NCBI GenBank assembly: GCA_051890235.1
Contig: JBJFDX010000107.1
Location: 1 to 32,989, forward strand
DNA length: 32,989 nt
Reading direction: 5' to 3'
Origin: Bacteroidaceae bacterium
GTDB lineage: Bacteria; Bacteroidota; Bacteroidia; Bacteroidales; Bacteroidaceae
This document shows, piece by piece, positions 9,445 through 19,540 of this stretch (position 1 is the first letter of the stretch; each line of letters starts with the position of its first letter). Position numbers and translations under genes: made by a program. A model generated the notes under the pieces. That model was not told the origin of the DNA, did not search any database, and saw only the letters and a program-made list of their open reading frames with translations.

Positions 9445-11037
9445 ATGGAATTTGAAATGATTGCCAAGACCTTCCAGGGACTGGAGGGAGTTCTTGCAGA
9501 AGAGTTGACTGCCCTGGGGGCAAACAATATAGAGAAGGGACGCCGAATGGTATCCTTCACAGGCGATAAGGAGATGCTCTACCGAGCCAATTTCTCCCTG
9601 CGTACCGCCGTTCGCATCCTGAAGCCTATCAAACACTTCCGTGCCAAGACTGCCGATGAAGTATACGAAGCCGTGAAGCAGATTGACTGGAGCCAATATC
9701 TGAATGTGGACACCACCTTTGCCGTAGACAGCGTAGTGTACAGCAACGAGTTCCGACACAGCAAGTTTGTGGCCTACAAGGTGAAGGATGCCATTGTCGA
9801 CCAATTCCGTGAGAAGACAGGAGAGCGCCCCAACATACGCATTACCAACCCCGACATACAACTCCACATCCACGTGGCAGAATATGATTGCACACTCTCC
9901 CTGGATTCCTCGGGCGAGAGCCTGCACAAACGAGGTTGGAGACAATCCACCGTGGAAGCCCCCATCAACGAGGTACTGGCTGCCGGTATCATCCTGCAGA
10001 CAGGATGGAAGGGAGAATGTGACCTGGTGGACCCCATGTGTGGAAGCGGAACGTTCCTGATAGAGGCAGCCATGATTGCCTCCGGAATTGCTCCTGGAGT
10101 GTATAGCCGTGAGTATGCCTTTGAAAAATGGCCCGACTTTGACAAGGAACTCTTTGATGCTATCTACGAAGATGACTCAAATGAGAAGCCCTTTGAACAT
10201 CATATCTATGGATTTGATATCAATCACAAAGCCATAGCCGTTGCCTCCGAGAACGTGCGTGCGGCTGGACTTTCCAAATACATCACGCTGCAGCAGCAGG
10301 ATATCAAGGATTTCACAAAACCTGAGCAAAAGTGTATCTTGGTGACCAATCCTCCCTATGGAGAGCGAATCTCCGCACCCGACTTGCTGGGACTTTACAA
10401 AACCTTGGGTGAACGCCTGAAGCATCAATTTACGGATAATGATGCATGGGTGCTCAGCTATCGCGAGGAATGCTTTGACCAGATAGGACTGAAGCCCTCC
10501 TTGCGTACACCCCTATACAATGGTTCTCTGGAATGCGAGCTGCGCAAGTATCAGATATTCAGCGGCAAGTTAAACGACCTGAAGGCAAAAGGGGGAGACA
10601 TCAAGAGCGACGAGGAACGTCGACTGATGGCTCAGAAACGTCGCTTTAAGCAAAACCGTGACTTCCGCGACCGACTGGAGGATGACCCCGAAGATCGCAT
10701 GCGCCGGCCCGAACGTAAACCTTATGGGCGAGATGAGCGCCGCGAGGGAGCACGCAGATTCCAAGACCGAGACGAGCGCAGAAATTCCCGTGGATTCCGC
10801 AGGGAAGACCGCGAGGATGGTTACGGCCGCAAGCCACGTTCCTTTGACAGGGATGACCGACGCTCGCCCAAAGGATTCCGTCAGGAGGAGAGAGGAGATG
10901 AGCGTAATTCACGATCTTTCGGTCGGGATGGATTCCGCAAGGGAGGCAACGACCGCCGTAAGTCCTATGACAGAGGAGAAGGAAGAGACGGATGGAACAG
11001 AAAAGGTCATAAGGGATACAATCATGATGAGGATTAA
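9445..11037 (+). CDS. THUMP-domain class I SAM-dependent RNA methyltransferase (COG0116/RlmL-N-like) with a 148-aa Arg/Asp/Glu-rich C-terminal tail
   Basis: 530-aa ORF. The N-terminus MIAKTFQGLEGVLAEEL and the motifs DPMCGSGTFLIEA and LVTNPPYGERI fit this family. The tail from 10591 is low-complexity (RDERR, GFR and RSF repeats). Confidence 0.85.
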   Translation: MEFEMIAKTFQGLEGVLAEELTALGANNIEKGRRMVSFTGDKEMLYRANFSLRTAVRILKPIKHFRAKTADEVYEAVKQIDWSQYLNVDTTFAVDSVVYSNEFRHSKFVAYKVKDAIVDQFREKTGERPNIRITNPDIQLHIHVAEYDCTLSLDSSGESLHKRGWRQSTVEAPINEVLAAGIILQTGWKGECDLVDPMCGSGTFLIEAAMIASGIAPGVYSREYAFEKWPDFDKELFDAIYEDDSNEKPFEHHIYGFDINHKAIAVASENVRAAGLSKYITLQQQDIKDFTKPEQKCILVTNPPYGERISAPDLLGLYKTLGERLKHQFTDNDAWVLSYREECFDQIGLKPSLRTPLYNGSLECELRKYQIFSGKLNDLKAKGGDIKSDEERRLMAQKRRFKQNRDFRDRLEDDPEDRMRRPERKPYGRDERREGARRFQDRDERRNSRGFRREDREDGYGRKPRSFDRDDRRSPKGFRQEERGDERNSRSFGRDGFRKGGNDRRKSYDRGEGRDGWNRKGHKGYNHDED

Positions 11038-13177
11038 GAGAATCATTACGCTCACAGCCTTGGTTGTATTGACAGTCAATAGCAGTATGGCACAGAAACC
11101 CTTCACTCTGGAGGAACTGAACTTCGGAGGACGCAATGCCAGAAAGTTTGTTCCCCAATACTTCTATTACATGTGGTGGGGCGACCGCCTTGTGGATGCC
11201 AACAATCCTGAATACAACATACTGAATCCTGCCACCGGCAAACCCGCCAAGTACAATCCCATGTCTGAAAGCGACATGTATTCGGCCTACGGCTGGGATG
11301 AGGGTGACGGCAAACATAAGATATCCCGAATGGGGTTGCCTTACGCCTCAGAGTCACTCCTACTCACACACACTGAGGGACAACGTGCCCTGGTGGACTT
11401 CTCGGACTGGAAGGTGACCTGGAGTCAGAGCATGGAAGGGTCTTTGGAATGGAACAAGGAATCACGGGCCGATGCATTCCTGCGCAACAACAATCTGTGG
11501 GTGCGATATGCCGATGGACAAGAGGTACAGATATCCCAGGATGGTTCCAGAGAGATTGTCTATGGACAAAGCGTTCATCGTGACGAGTTTGGTATCACCA
11601 AGGGCACCTTCTGGAGCAAGGATGGACAGAAACTGGCCTTCTATCGAATGGACCAAAGCATGGTGACTGATTATCCCCAAGTCAATACATTCGCACGAGA
11701 GGCACAGATGGAGCCCGACAAATACCCCATGGCAGGCATGACCTCGCATCAGGTACAGGTGGGCATCTTTGACCTGCAGTCACACAAGACCATCTATCTG
11801 TCCACAGGCAATCCCGAGAATCGCTATTTCACCAATATCTCCTGGGCTCCTGATGGCAAGACCATCTATCTGTATGAGCTCAACCGAGACCAGAACCATT
11901 GCACCCTTGACGCATATGATGCTGTGACAGGCAAGAAATTGCGTACGCTCTCTACAGAAGAGTCCGACAAATATGTGGAGCCCCTGCACCCCATCACCTT
12001 CCTGCCATGGGACAATACCAAGTTTGTATACTGGAGTTGGCGGGACGGATACACCCATCTGTATCTGATGGATGTGAACGGACGCGAACTGGGACAGATT
12101 ACCAAGGGGCCCTGGGTGGTGACCGAGCTGGTGGGTTTCTGTCCTGCCACACGCAGCCTCATCATCACAAGCAAGGAAGCAGGTCATCTGCAAAAGAATA
12201 TCTATCGGGTGGATATCAATTCGGGCAAGCGTATGCTCCTCGATAACGGCAAGGGGGTGCATCAAGCCCGTCTTTCGGCCAGCGGACGTTATGTACTGGA
12301 CATCTGGCAGGAACCCTCTGTGCCCCGTTGCTGTGCCGTCATCGATACCAAGACAGGACGACGTGTGATGCTGGGCACGGCATCCGACCCTTGGGAGGGT
12401 TGGTACCAACCCCTCTTCGAACAGGGAACGGTCAAGGCAGCCGATGGTGTTACAGACCTGTACTGGCGCATGGTGAAGCCCGCAGACTTCGACCCTGCCA
12501 AGAAGTATCCCACGGTTGTATATGTATACGGAGGCCCCCATGCTCATAATGTAGAGGCATCCTGGCATTGGGCTTCCCGCTCCTGGGAAACCTACATGGC
12601 GCAGAAGGGATATATCGTATTCATCCTGGACAACCGAGGCAGCGAAAACCGAGGCAGAGACTTCGAGCAAGCCACCTTCCGCCACCTGGGACAAGAGGAG
12701 ATGAAGGACCAGATGTGTGGAGTGAACTATCTGAAGACTCTGCCCTATGTGGATGCCGACCGCATGGGAGTACATGGATGGAGTTTCGGAGGATACATGA
12801 CCATCTCCCTGATGACAAACTACCCTGATGTGTTCAAGGTGGGAGTGGCAGGAGGTCCGGTCATCGACTGGAAATGGTACGAGGTAATGTATGGCGAGCG
12901 GTATATGGACACGCCCGAGAGCAATCCCGAGGGCTACGAGCAGACCAGTCTGATCAACAAGGCTGCCAACCTCAAGGGTAAACTGCAGATTATCATTGGC
13001 ATGAATGATCCCACAGTGGTGCCTCAGCATGCCCTACAATTCCTCAACGCCTGTGCCGAGGTTGGCACTCAACCCGACTTCTTTGCCTATCCCGGCGAAG
13101 GACACAACATGGCTGGTCACAAGAGTGTACATCTGCATGAGCGTATCACTCAGTATTTCGAGGATTATCTGAAGTAA
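11024..13177 (+). CDS. S9 family serine peptidase, dipeptidyl-peptidase IV / prolyl tripeptidyl peptidase-like
   Basis: The start is trimmed to MMRIKRIITLTALVVLTVNSSMAQ (signal peptide), giving 717 aa. The nucleophile motif is GWSFGGYM, and the terminal Asp/His region is MNDPTVV...GEGHNM. It overlaps the upstream gene by 14 nt. Confidence 0.85.
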   Translation: MMRIKRIITLTALVVLTVNSSMAQKPFTLEELNFGGRNARKFVPQYFYYMWWGDRLVDANNPEYNILNPATGKPAKYNPMSESDMYSAYGWDEGDGKHKISRMGLPYASESLLLTHTEGQRALVDFSDWKVTWSQSMEGSLEWNKESRADAFLRNNNLWVRYADGQEVQISQDGSREIVYGQSVHRDEFGITKGTFWSKDGQKLAFYRMDQSMVTDYPQVNTFAREAQMEPDKYPMAGMTSHQVQVGIFDLQSHKTIYLSTGNPENRYFTNISWAPDGKTIYLYELNRDQNHCTLDAYDAVTGKKLRTLSTEESDKYVEPLHPITFLPWDNTKFVYWSWRDGYTHLYLMDVNGRELGQITKGPWVVTELVGFCPATRSLIITSKEAGHLQKNIYRVDINSGKRMLLDNGKGVHQARLSASGRYVLDIWQEPSVPRCCAVIDTKTGRRVMLGTASDPWEGWYQPLFEQGTVKAADGVTDLYWRMVKPADFDPAKKYPTVVYVYGGPHAHNVEASWHWASRSWETYMAQKGYIVFILDNRGSENRGRDFEQATFRHLGQEEMKDQMCGVNYLKTLPYVDADRMGVHGWSFGGYMTISLMTNYPDVFKVGVAGGPVIDWKWYEVMYGERYMDTPESNPEGYEQTSLINKAANLKGKLQIIIGMNDPTVVPQHALQFLNACAEVGTQPDFFAYPGEGHNMAGHKSVHLHERITQYFEDYLK

Positions 13178-13216
13178 GTATACATTATATATAATATATA
13201 TACACACATATATAGC

Positions 13217-14485
13217 ATGAAGATTCTTTTGTTGGGAAGCGGAGGGCGTGAGCACGCCTTAGCATGGAAGATAGCACAAAGCGAGCGTTGCGAACAGCTG
13301 TACATAGCACCGGGTAACGCAGGTACAGCCAGTGTGGGAACCAACCTTTCGCTGGCAGCTGATGATTTCGAGGGCATAGGAGCCTTCTGTCTGCAGAACC
13401 ATATTGACATGGTGGTAGTAGGTCCTGAGGATCCTCTGGTAAAGGGAATCTATGATTACTTCAAGGGCAACGAGCAACTGTCTGCCATCCCTGTAATCGG
13501 TCCCAGCAAGCAAGGAGCCGTACTCGAGGGAAGCAAGGACTTTGCCAAGGGATTCATGAAGCGTCATGGCATACCCACGGCAGCTTATGCCACCTTTGAC
13601 GGCAACAGCCTCGAGGCTGGCCTTAAGTTTCTGGAGACCCTGCAACCCCCCTACGTACTCAAGGCTGATGGCTTGTGTGCAGGAAAGGGTGTGCTGATAC
13701 TGCCCACCCTTGAAGAGGCTCAGAAGGAGTTGCGCGAGATGCTGGGAGGTATGTTTGGCAATGCCAGCAGCCGCGTGGTGATAGAGGAGTTCCTAAGTGG
13801 AATAGAGTGCAGCGTGTTTGTTCTCACCGACGGAAAAGATTATGTGATTCTGCCCGAGGCGAAGGACTACAAGCGTATAGGAGAGGGCGACACAGGCCTC
13901 AATACAGGTGGCATGGGTAGCGTGAGTCCTGTTCCCTTTGCTGATGCAGAATGGATGAACAAGGTGGAGGAGCGCATCATTCGCCCCACAGTGAACGGAC
14001 TGGCTGAAGAGGGAATCGATTACAAAGGCTTCATCTTCTTCGGACTCATCAACGTGAAAGGCAACCCTATGGTGATAGAATATAACGTACGCATGGGCGA
14101 CCCTGAGACCGAGACTGTGATGCTGAGGCTGAAGTCAGATATTGTAGACCTTTTCCAGGGCATTGCCACTCAGACACTTGCCAGCCAAAAGGTAGAATTC
14201 GATCCCCGGGCTGCCGTGTGTGTGATGCTGGTGAGCGGAGGTTATCCCGGACATTACGAGAAGGGCTATCCCATCACGGGTATCGAGAACGTTCAGGGAA
14301 GCGTGGTCTTCCATGCCGGCACCAAGTTCGATAATGAACAAGTGGTGACCAATGGCGGTCGTGTAATAGCCGTAAGCAGCTATGGCAGCGACCGCAAGGA
14401 AGCCCTCGAGAAGAGTTTCACTGAGGCAGAGAAGATACAGTTCGACAAGAAATATTTCCGTAGAGACATTGGTGCCGACCTATGA
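13217..14485 (+). CDS. purD: Phosphoribosylamine--glycine ligase
   Basis: 422-aa [25 protein letters not shown], the ATP-grasp core and the C-terminal FHAGT...TNGGRV motif are all PurD-typical. Confidence 0.95.
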   Translation: MKILLLGSGGREHALAWKIAQSERCEQLYIAPGNAGTASVGTNLSLAADDFEGIGAFCLQNHIDMVVVGPEDPLVKGIYDYFKGNEQLSAIPVIGPSKQGAVLEGSKDFAKGFMKRHGIPTAAYATFDGNSLEAGLKFLETLQPPYVLKADGLCAGKGVLILPTLEEAQKELREMLGGMFGNASSRVVIEEFLSGIECSVFVLTDGKDYVILPEAKDYKRIGEGDTGLNTGGMGSVSPVPFADAEWMNKVEERIIRPTVNGLAEEGIDYKGFIFFGLINVKGNPMVIEYNVRMGDPETETVMLRLKSDIVDLFQGIATQTLASQKVEFDPRAAVCVMLVSGGYPGHYEKGYPITGIENVQGSVVFHAGTKFDNEQVVTNGGRVIAVSSYGSDRKEALEKSFTEAEKIQFDKKYFRRDIGADL

Positions 14486-15423
14486 CGAGTAATCGCTGGT
14501 GGCAAAACCAGTTGGCCGAGAGCCGCCTGACACTTCCCGTCAGCGTGGCTCTCTTTGTGGCCGCACGCTGTTTGCCTTTAACAGAGGTCGAGTTTGGTGC
14601 AAACAGTCAGGCTCTTTGGTGCATTCTCACAGCCGCTCTCATGCTGCAGGTCAACGTGGAGTATCAACTCCTGCGAGTGCGCTCCCATCTGCCCGAGAGT
14701 CTTTGCCTGATACTGCTTGGCGTCCTTCCCTGCCCCGATGGCATGATGGCACCCATGCTGAGTGCCCTGTGCCTGATGGCCAGCATGGGACTGTTGCTGG
14801 GCTGTTATCAGAACCGCGACTCCGTCATGCACATCTTCCACAGTTACTTCTTCCTGGGCATGGGCAGCCTCTTTGCACCCTTCATGGTCGTGCTGGCTTT
14901 GCTCTATTACGTGAGCCTTGCCCTGCTGATGCGCGCCTTCTCATGGCGGGGATTCTTTGCAGGCATAGTGGGCCTCATCGCCCCTTATTGGTGCTGGCTG
15001 ATGTGGGAAGTGTGCCTGGGCAGTCCATCCCGCATGCTTGCTCACCTCACTCCCCTATGGGAAGAGATGACAGCCAACCAAGACCTGCTGTTGCCGCCCC
15101 ACTCCAGTCTGCTGCCCATGTGGCTGCTGCTCATCTTCCTGAGCCTGGTGGGCACCATCCATTACATGAGAAAGAGGTACGAGGATAAGATACGCACCCG
15201 CATGATGCTCTACGTGTTTGTCCACGTCAGCATCCTCCTTCATGTGGCATTCCTGCTCTTTCCTGCCCAGCGTCCCCAACTGCTGGCCATGCTGTCGGTA
15301 TCGGTTAGCCCTTTGGTGGCACATTACTGGGCTACCACAGGTGGCAGAGTGGGTCAAGTGATGCTGATGGTCTCCCTCTCAGGGTGGGTGGCAACGCTCC
15401 TAATGGCAACCGGTTGGGTATGA
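14482..15423 (+). CDS. Polytopic inner-membrane protein of unknown function (about 9-11 hydrophobic segments)
   Basis: 313-aa ORF rich in L, F, M and W with repeated 18-22-residue hydrophobic stretches. Its ATG overlaps the purD stop (ATGA at 14482..14485). I recognise no motif. Confidence 0.65.
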   Translation: MTSNRWWQNQLAESRLTLPVSVALFVAARCLPLTEVEFGANSQALWCILTAALMLQVNVEYQLLRVRSHLPESLCLILLGVLPCPDGMMAPMLSALCLMASMGLLLGCYQNRDSVMHIFHSYFFLGMGSLFAPFMVVLALLYYVSLALLMRAFSWRGFFAGIVGLIAPYWCWLMWEVCLGSPSRMLAHLTPLWEEMTANQDLLLPPHSSLLPMWLLLIFLSLVGTIHYMRKRYEDKIRTRMMLYVFVHVSILLHVAFLLFPAQRPQLLAMLSVSVSPLVAHYWATTGGRVGQVMLMVSLSGWVATLLMATGWV

Positions 15424-15481
15424 ATGAAGTTATTAAGGATAATTAGCAAGCTCAATACACTTTCATCGAAGCAAATTGTTG

Positions 15482-15489
15482 TAACTTTG
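15482..15489 (+). promoter_or_regulatory. Candidate -7 promoter box TAACTTTG for the DUF2723 gene
   Basis: TAnnTTTG match 45 nt upstream of the ATG at 15534. Confidence 0.4.
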
Positions 15490-15533
15490 CCAAGCACTTC
15501 GAAAAAAGAGAGAAAAAACAGAGTTATTATATT

Positions 15534-18500
15534 ATGAAGCATTTCAAGACGGTGGATACCGTAATGGGGTGGGTAGCCTTTGCCATAGCTGCATTCACAT
15601 ACTGTAGCACGATAGAGCCCACCGCCAGTTTTTGGGACTGCCCTGAGTTTATCACCACAGGATACAAGTTGGAGGTAGGTCATCCCCCAGGGGCGCCCTT
15701 CTTCATGCTCACGGCCAATCTCTTTACTCAGTTTGTGAGCGACCCTGCTCTGGTGGCCAAGATGGTGAATATCATGAGCGCCCTCTTCAGCGCAGCCTGC
15801 ATCATGTTCCTCTTCTGGAGCATCAGTCATCTGGTACGTAAGTTGGTGGGACAGAACGGTCAGGTGAGCACACTTGCCCAAGCCATCACAGTGGAAGCCA
15901 GTGCCCTGACAGGTGCCTTGGTGTACACCTTCTCCGACACCTTCTGGTTCAGTGCTGTCGAGGGTGAGGTGTATGCATACAGCAGCCTCTTCACAGCCGT
16001 TGTCTTCTGGCTGATGCTCAAGTGGGAGAGTCATGCCGATGAGCCTCACTCCGACCGCTGGCTCATTCTGATAGCCTATCTCACAGGCCTCAGCATCGGC
16101 GTTCATCTGCTCAACCTGCTTTGTCTGCCAGCCCTGGTACTCGTGTTCTATTACAAGAAGTGCAAGGAAGCCACCATGAAAGGGGCTTCACTGGCCTTGC
16201 TTGGGAGCTTCGCCCTGGTGGCAGCCGTGCTCTATGGCATCGTGCCCGGTATTGTAAAGGTGGGTGGATGGTTTGAGCTTCTCTTCGTCAATCATCTCAA
16301 CTGTCCCTTCAACACAGGCTTGATTATCTACATCTGCCTTCTGGTGGCTGTGGTCCTCTGGGCCCTGTATGAGACCACTCAGCAGAAGAGTCGCCTGCGC
16401 ATGAACATATCCTTCCTGCTGAGCATAAGCATGCTGGGCATTCCCTTCTATGGTTATGGATGGACGAGCGGCGTGATAGGCGTGGTTGTGCTGCTGGCAT
16501 GCTATCTCATGCTCCGCTGGCGCAAAAACTTGGTACATGTTGTCTCAGCACGACTGATGAACACCAGCCTGCTCTGCATGCTCATGATCATGATAGGCTA
16601 CAGTTCGTATGCCGTGATAGTCATCCGCAGTTCGGCCAACACTCCCATGGACCAGAACTCTCCCGAGGATATCTTCACCCTGGGAACCTACCTGGGTCGC
16701 GAACAATATGGCGACCGTCCCTTGCTCTACGGACAGGCTTACACCAGCGAAGTTCAACTGCGTGTAGACGGCAACTACTGCGTACCTGTGAGCAAGAAGG
16801 GAGCTCCTGTGTATCAGCGCAAGGAGAAGGCAACCTCAAGCGAGCCCGACCGCTATGAGATACAGCGATACAATATCTCCTACGTATACCAGCAGAACAT
16901 GCTCTTCCCCCGTATGTACAGCGAAGCACATACCAATGCCTACGAGAGTTGGATGGGAGGTGTGAAGGGTACTGTGAAGACTTACGAGCGCTGTGGGGAC
17001 ATGATTCAGGTGAAGACCCCCACGATGATGGAGAACCTACGTTTCTTCCTGAGCTATCAGGTCAACTTCATGTACTGGCGTTACTTCATGTGGAACTTCG
17101 CAGGCCGACAGAATGACCTGCAGGGCAACGGAGAATGGGAGCACGGCAACTGGATTACCGGCATTCCCTTCCTGGACAACCTTCGCCTGGGCGACCAGAG
17201 CAAGCTGCCCACAGAACTGAGAACCAACAAGGGTCACAACGTCTTCTACTGTCTGCCTCTGATATTGGGACTCATGGGTCTCATATGGCAGCTCTTCCGC
17301 AACGACGAGCATAACAACCGTGAGGGCGAGAAGCAATTTGGTATCGTCTTCTTCCTCTTCTTCATGACGGGCCTCGCCATTGTCATCTACCTCAACCAGA
17401 CCCCCATGCAGCCCCGCGAACGAGATTATGCTTATGCAGGTTCGTTCTATGCCTTCGCTATTTGGGCAGGCCTGGGAGTAGCTGCCGTGGCAGAGTGGCT
17501 CCGCAGAGTGCTCAAGCATGATGTGGCCTGTGCCATACTGAGCTGCCTGTGCCTGCTGGTACCCATACAGATGGCCAGCCAAACGTGGGACGACCATGAC
17601 AGAAGCGGACGCTATACCTGTCGAGACTTCGGTATGAACTATCTGAACTCGCTCGATCAAAACCGCGCTCCCATCATCTTTACCAATGGAGACAACGACA
17701 CCTTCCCCCTGTGGTACTGCCAGGAGACAGAGGGCATACGTACAGATGCCCGTGTATGCAACCTCTCTTACCTGCAGACAGACTGGTACATTGACCAGAT
17801 GAAGCGACCTGCATATGACAGTCCTGCCGTGCCCATCCACTGGAGCAGGCTCGAATACGTGGCCGGCACCCGAGAGGGAACAAGTGTTCGTCCCGGCACC
17901 CTCGAACAGGTAATCGAATACTATAAGGACCAACCGGAGACACTCAAGGAGATGGTGGGTGAGAATCCCTACGAACTCAAGAACATCATAGAGCATTGGG
18001 TTCTGAATCCGAACCCCGACCTGCGTATCATTCCCACCGACTCCATCGTAATCACTATCGACAAGGAGGCTGTCAAGCGGAGTGGCATGATGATTGCAGG
18101 AGACAGCATCCCTGACGTAATGCATCTGAGCCTGAAGGGCAAGAGGGCTGTGTACAAGAGTGAGATGATGATGTACGAGATGCTGGCACAATGCAACTGG
18201 GAGCGTCCCTTATATGTGGCCATCACGGTAGGTAAAGACAACTACGGCAATCTGGGAGACTACTTCGTGCGCGAAGGTCTGGCTGACCGCATCACACCCT
18301 TCAATACCAAGAAGAGCGGACGTACGGTGGACACCGAGAAGATGTATGACAACATGATGAACCGCTTCCGGTATGGTGGCCTCGACAATCCCAAGTTCTA
18401 TCTTGACGAGACCATTTCACGCATGAGTTACACACACCGCCGCATGTTCGCACAACTGGCCACTCAGCTCATGAACGAAGGCAAGAAGGACAAGGCCCTG

Positions 18501-18929
18501 AACCTGGTGAAGCGTGCCGAGCAGGTACTGCCTGCCACCACCATGCCCCACACCTTTGCCGGAGGGTCACTCGATCTGGCTCGCGTGTGGAATCAACTGG
18601 GAGACAAGAAGCAGGCCGAGGCTATTGCCCTGCCTGTGGCCAAAACCGCTTGCGAATATGTCGAGTGGTATATGAGCATGCCCGACAAGATGCTGCAGCG
18701 CGAAGAGCAGGAGTGCATGTACTACCTGTATCAACTGCATCGCTCTGCCGAGGTGCTCAAGGAGGCATCGAGCCCCCACACAGCAGACATGATGCAGAAG
18801 TTGGATTCCTACAACAGGATTCTGCAGAGCCGCCTCTATGGTACACAGGACATGTATCGTCAGCAAGGCAGCGATGCCAGCAACATGATGGTGATTAATC
18901 CCGAGGAAACAGAGATTGAGAGCGAATGA
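15534..18929 (+). CDS. DUF2723 / GT117-type large integral-membrane glycosyltransferase-like protein (TMEM260-like)
   Basis: 1131-aa ORF. The N-terminal block TIEPTASFWDCPEFITTGYKLEVGHPPGAPFFML is characteristic of the DUF2723 family. Many TM segments are followed by a large soluble C-terminal region. Confidence 0.85.
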   Translation: MKHFKTVDTVMGWVAFAIAAFTYCSTIEPTASFWDCPEFITTGYKLEVGHPPGAPFFMLTANLFTQFVSDPALVAKMVNIMSALFSAACIMFLFWSISHLVRKLVGQNGQVSTLAQAITVEASALTGALVYTFSDTFWFSAVEGEVYAYSSLFTAVVFWLMLKWESHADEPHSDRWLILIAYLTGLSIGVHLLNLLCLPALVLVFYYKKCKEATMKGASLALLGSFALVAAVLYGIVPGIVKVGGWFELLFVNHLNCPFNTGLIIYICLLVAVVLWALYETTQQKSRLRMNISFLLSISMLGIPFYGYGWTSGVIGVVVLLACYLMLRWRKNLVHVVSARLMNTSLLCMLMIMIGYSSYAVIVIRSSANTPMDQNSPEDIFTLGTYLGREQYGDRPLLYGQAYTSEVQLRVDGNYCVPVSKKGAPVYQRKEKATSSEPDRYEIQRYNISYVYQQNMLFPRMYSEAHTNAYESWMGGVKGTVKTYERCGDMIQVKTPTMMENLRFFLSYQVNFMYWRYFMWNFAGRQNDLQGNGEWEHGNWITGIPFLDNLRLGDQSKLPTELRTNKGHNVFYCLPLILGLMGLIWQLFRNDEHNNREGEKQFGIVFFLFFMTGLAIVIYLNQTPMQPRERDYAYAGSFYAFAIWAGLGVAAVAEWLRRVLKHDVACAILSCLCLLVPIQMASQTWDDHDRSGRYTCRDFGMNYLNSLDQNRAPIIFTNGDNDTFPLWYCQETEGIRTDARVCNLSYLQTDWYIDQMKRPAYDSPAVPIHWSRLEYVAGTREGTSVRPGTLEQVIEYYKDQPETLKEMVGENPYELKNIIEHWVLNPNPDLRIIPTDSIVITIDKEAVKRSGMMIAGDSIPDVMHLSLKGKRAVYKSEMMMYEMLAQCNWERPLYVAITVGKDNYGNLGDYFVREGLADRITPFNTKKSGRTVDTEKMYDNMMNRFRYGGLDNPKFYLDETISRMSYTHRRMFAQLATQLMNEGKKDKALNLVKRAEQVLPATTMPHTFAGGSLDLARVWNQLGDKKQAEAIALPVAKTACEYVEWYMSMPDKMLQREEQECMYYLYQLHRSAEVLKEASSPHTADMMQKLDSYNRILQSRLYGTQDMYRQQGSDASNMMVINPEETEIESE

Positions 18930-19540
18930 TCATCGAACAACCTGCGGTATTCCTCAGATGGATATACCCTCATGCCCTGTGGCGGATGAACAAACGGGAG
19001 AAGGCCGTCTATCTAACCTTTGACGACGGTCCCATCCCCGAGGCCACACCCTTCATCCTCGACACTCTGGAGCGCTTCGGAGCCAAGGCCACCTTCTTCA
19101 TGGTGGGCGAGAACGCACGCAAGTACCCCCACTTGCTGGCCGAGGTGAAAGCGAGGGGACATAGGGTGGGCAACCATACAAACAATCACATCGGGGGCTT
19201 CCGATGGTGGAGCTGGCACTATCTGGCCAACGTGGTAGAGGCCAACAAGGTACTCAAGACCGACCTCTTCCGCCCTCCTCATGGATGGATGAAGGTGATG
19301 CAGTACCGCGTACTGCGGCACTGCGGATTCCGGGTTGTTATGTGGGACGTAGTCACACGTGATTACAGCAGAAGACTCACAGCCGAGGATGTCCTGCATA
19401 ACGTACGACGGTACACACGACCGGGCAGCATTATCACTTTCCATGATTCCCTAAAGAGTATCGACAAACTCAAGCATGCGCTCCCCGAGGCCCTGCAGTG
19501 GCTCACCCAGGAAGGATATGAATTTAAGGTGTTTGACTGA
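18926..19540 (+). CDS. Polysaccharide deacetylase family protein (CE4 / NodB homology domain)
   Basis: 204-aa ORF with YLTFDDGP...ATFFMVGEN...GHRVGNHTNNH, covering NodB motifs 1 and 2. Its ATG overlaps the upstream stop (ATGA at 18926..18929). Confidence 0.85.
   Translation: MIIEQPAVFLRWIYPHALWRMNKREKAVYLTFDDGPIPEATPFILDTLERFGAKATFFMVGENARKYPHLLAEVKARGHRVGNHTNNHIGGFRWWSWHYLANVVEANKVLKTDLFRPPHGWMKVMQYRVLRHCGFRVVMWDVVTRDYSRRLTAEDVLHNVRRYTRPGSIITFHDSLKSIDKLKHALPEALQWLTQEGYEFKVFD

Noticed and set aside
10658-11023. N-terminal 122-aa extension of the peptidase ORF (the track gives 839 aa)
   Set aside because: The extension overlaps the methyltransferase tail in another frame and is itself low-complexity. 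A signal peptide begins exactly at the internal ATGATG (11024), which gives a typical ~717-aa S9 peptidase.
11780-13030. 416-aa minus-strand ORF
   Set aside because: It is fully antisense to the well-supported S9 peptidase gene (GWSFGGYM nucleophile). Its His/Gly/Leu/Val-rich sequence has no motif. Long stop-free antisense frames recur across this window and look like a codon-usage side effect.
14499-15188. 229-aa alternative-frame + ORF inside the membrane-protein gene
   Set aside because: Its Pro/Arg/Gly/Ala-rich translation is typical of an off-frame reading of a Leu/Phe-rich membrane gene. The ATGA-coupled frame at 14482 gives coherent TM segments.
15354-18191. Minus-strand ORFs 15354..16106 (250 aa), 16188..16538 and 17037..18191 (384 aa)
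   Set aside because: They are antisense to the DUF2723 gene and the 3' end of the membrane-protein gene. They have no start context, promoter box or motifs, and show the same shadow-ORF pattern.
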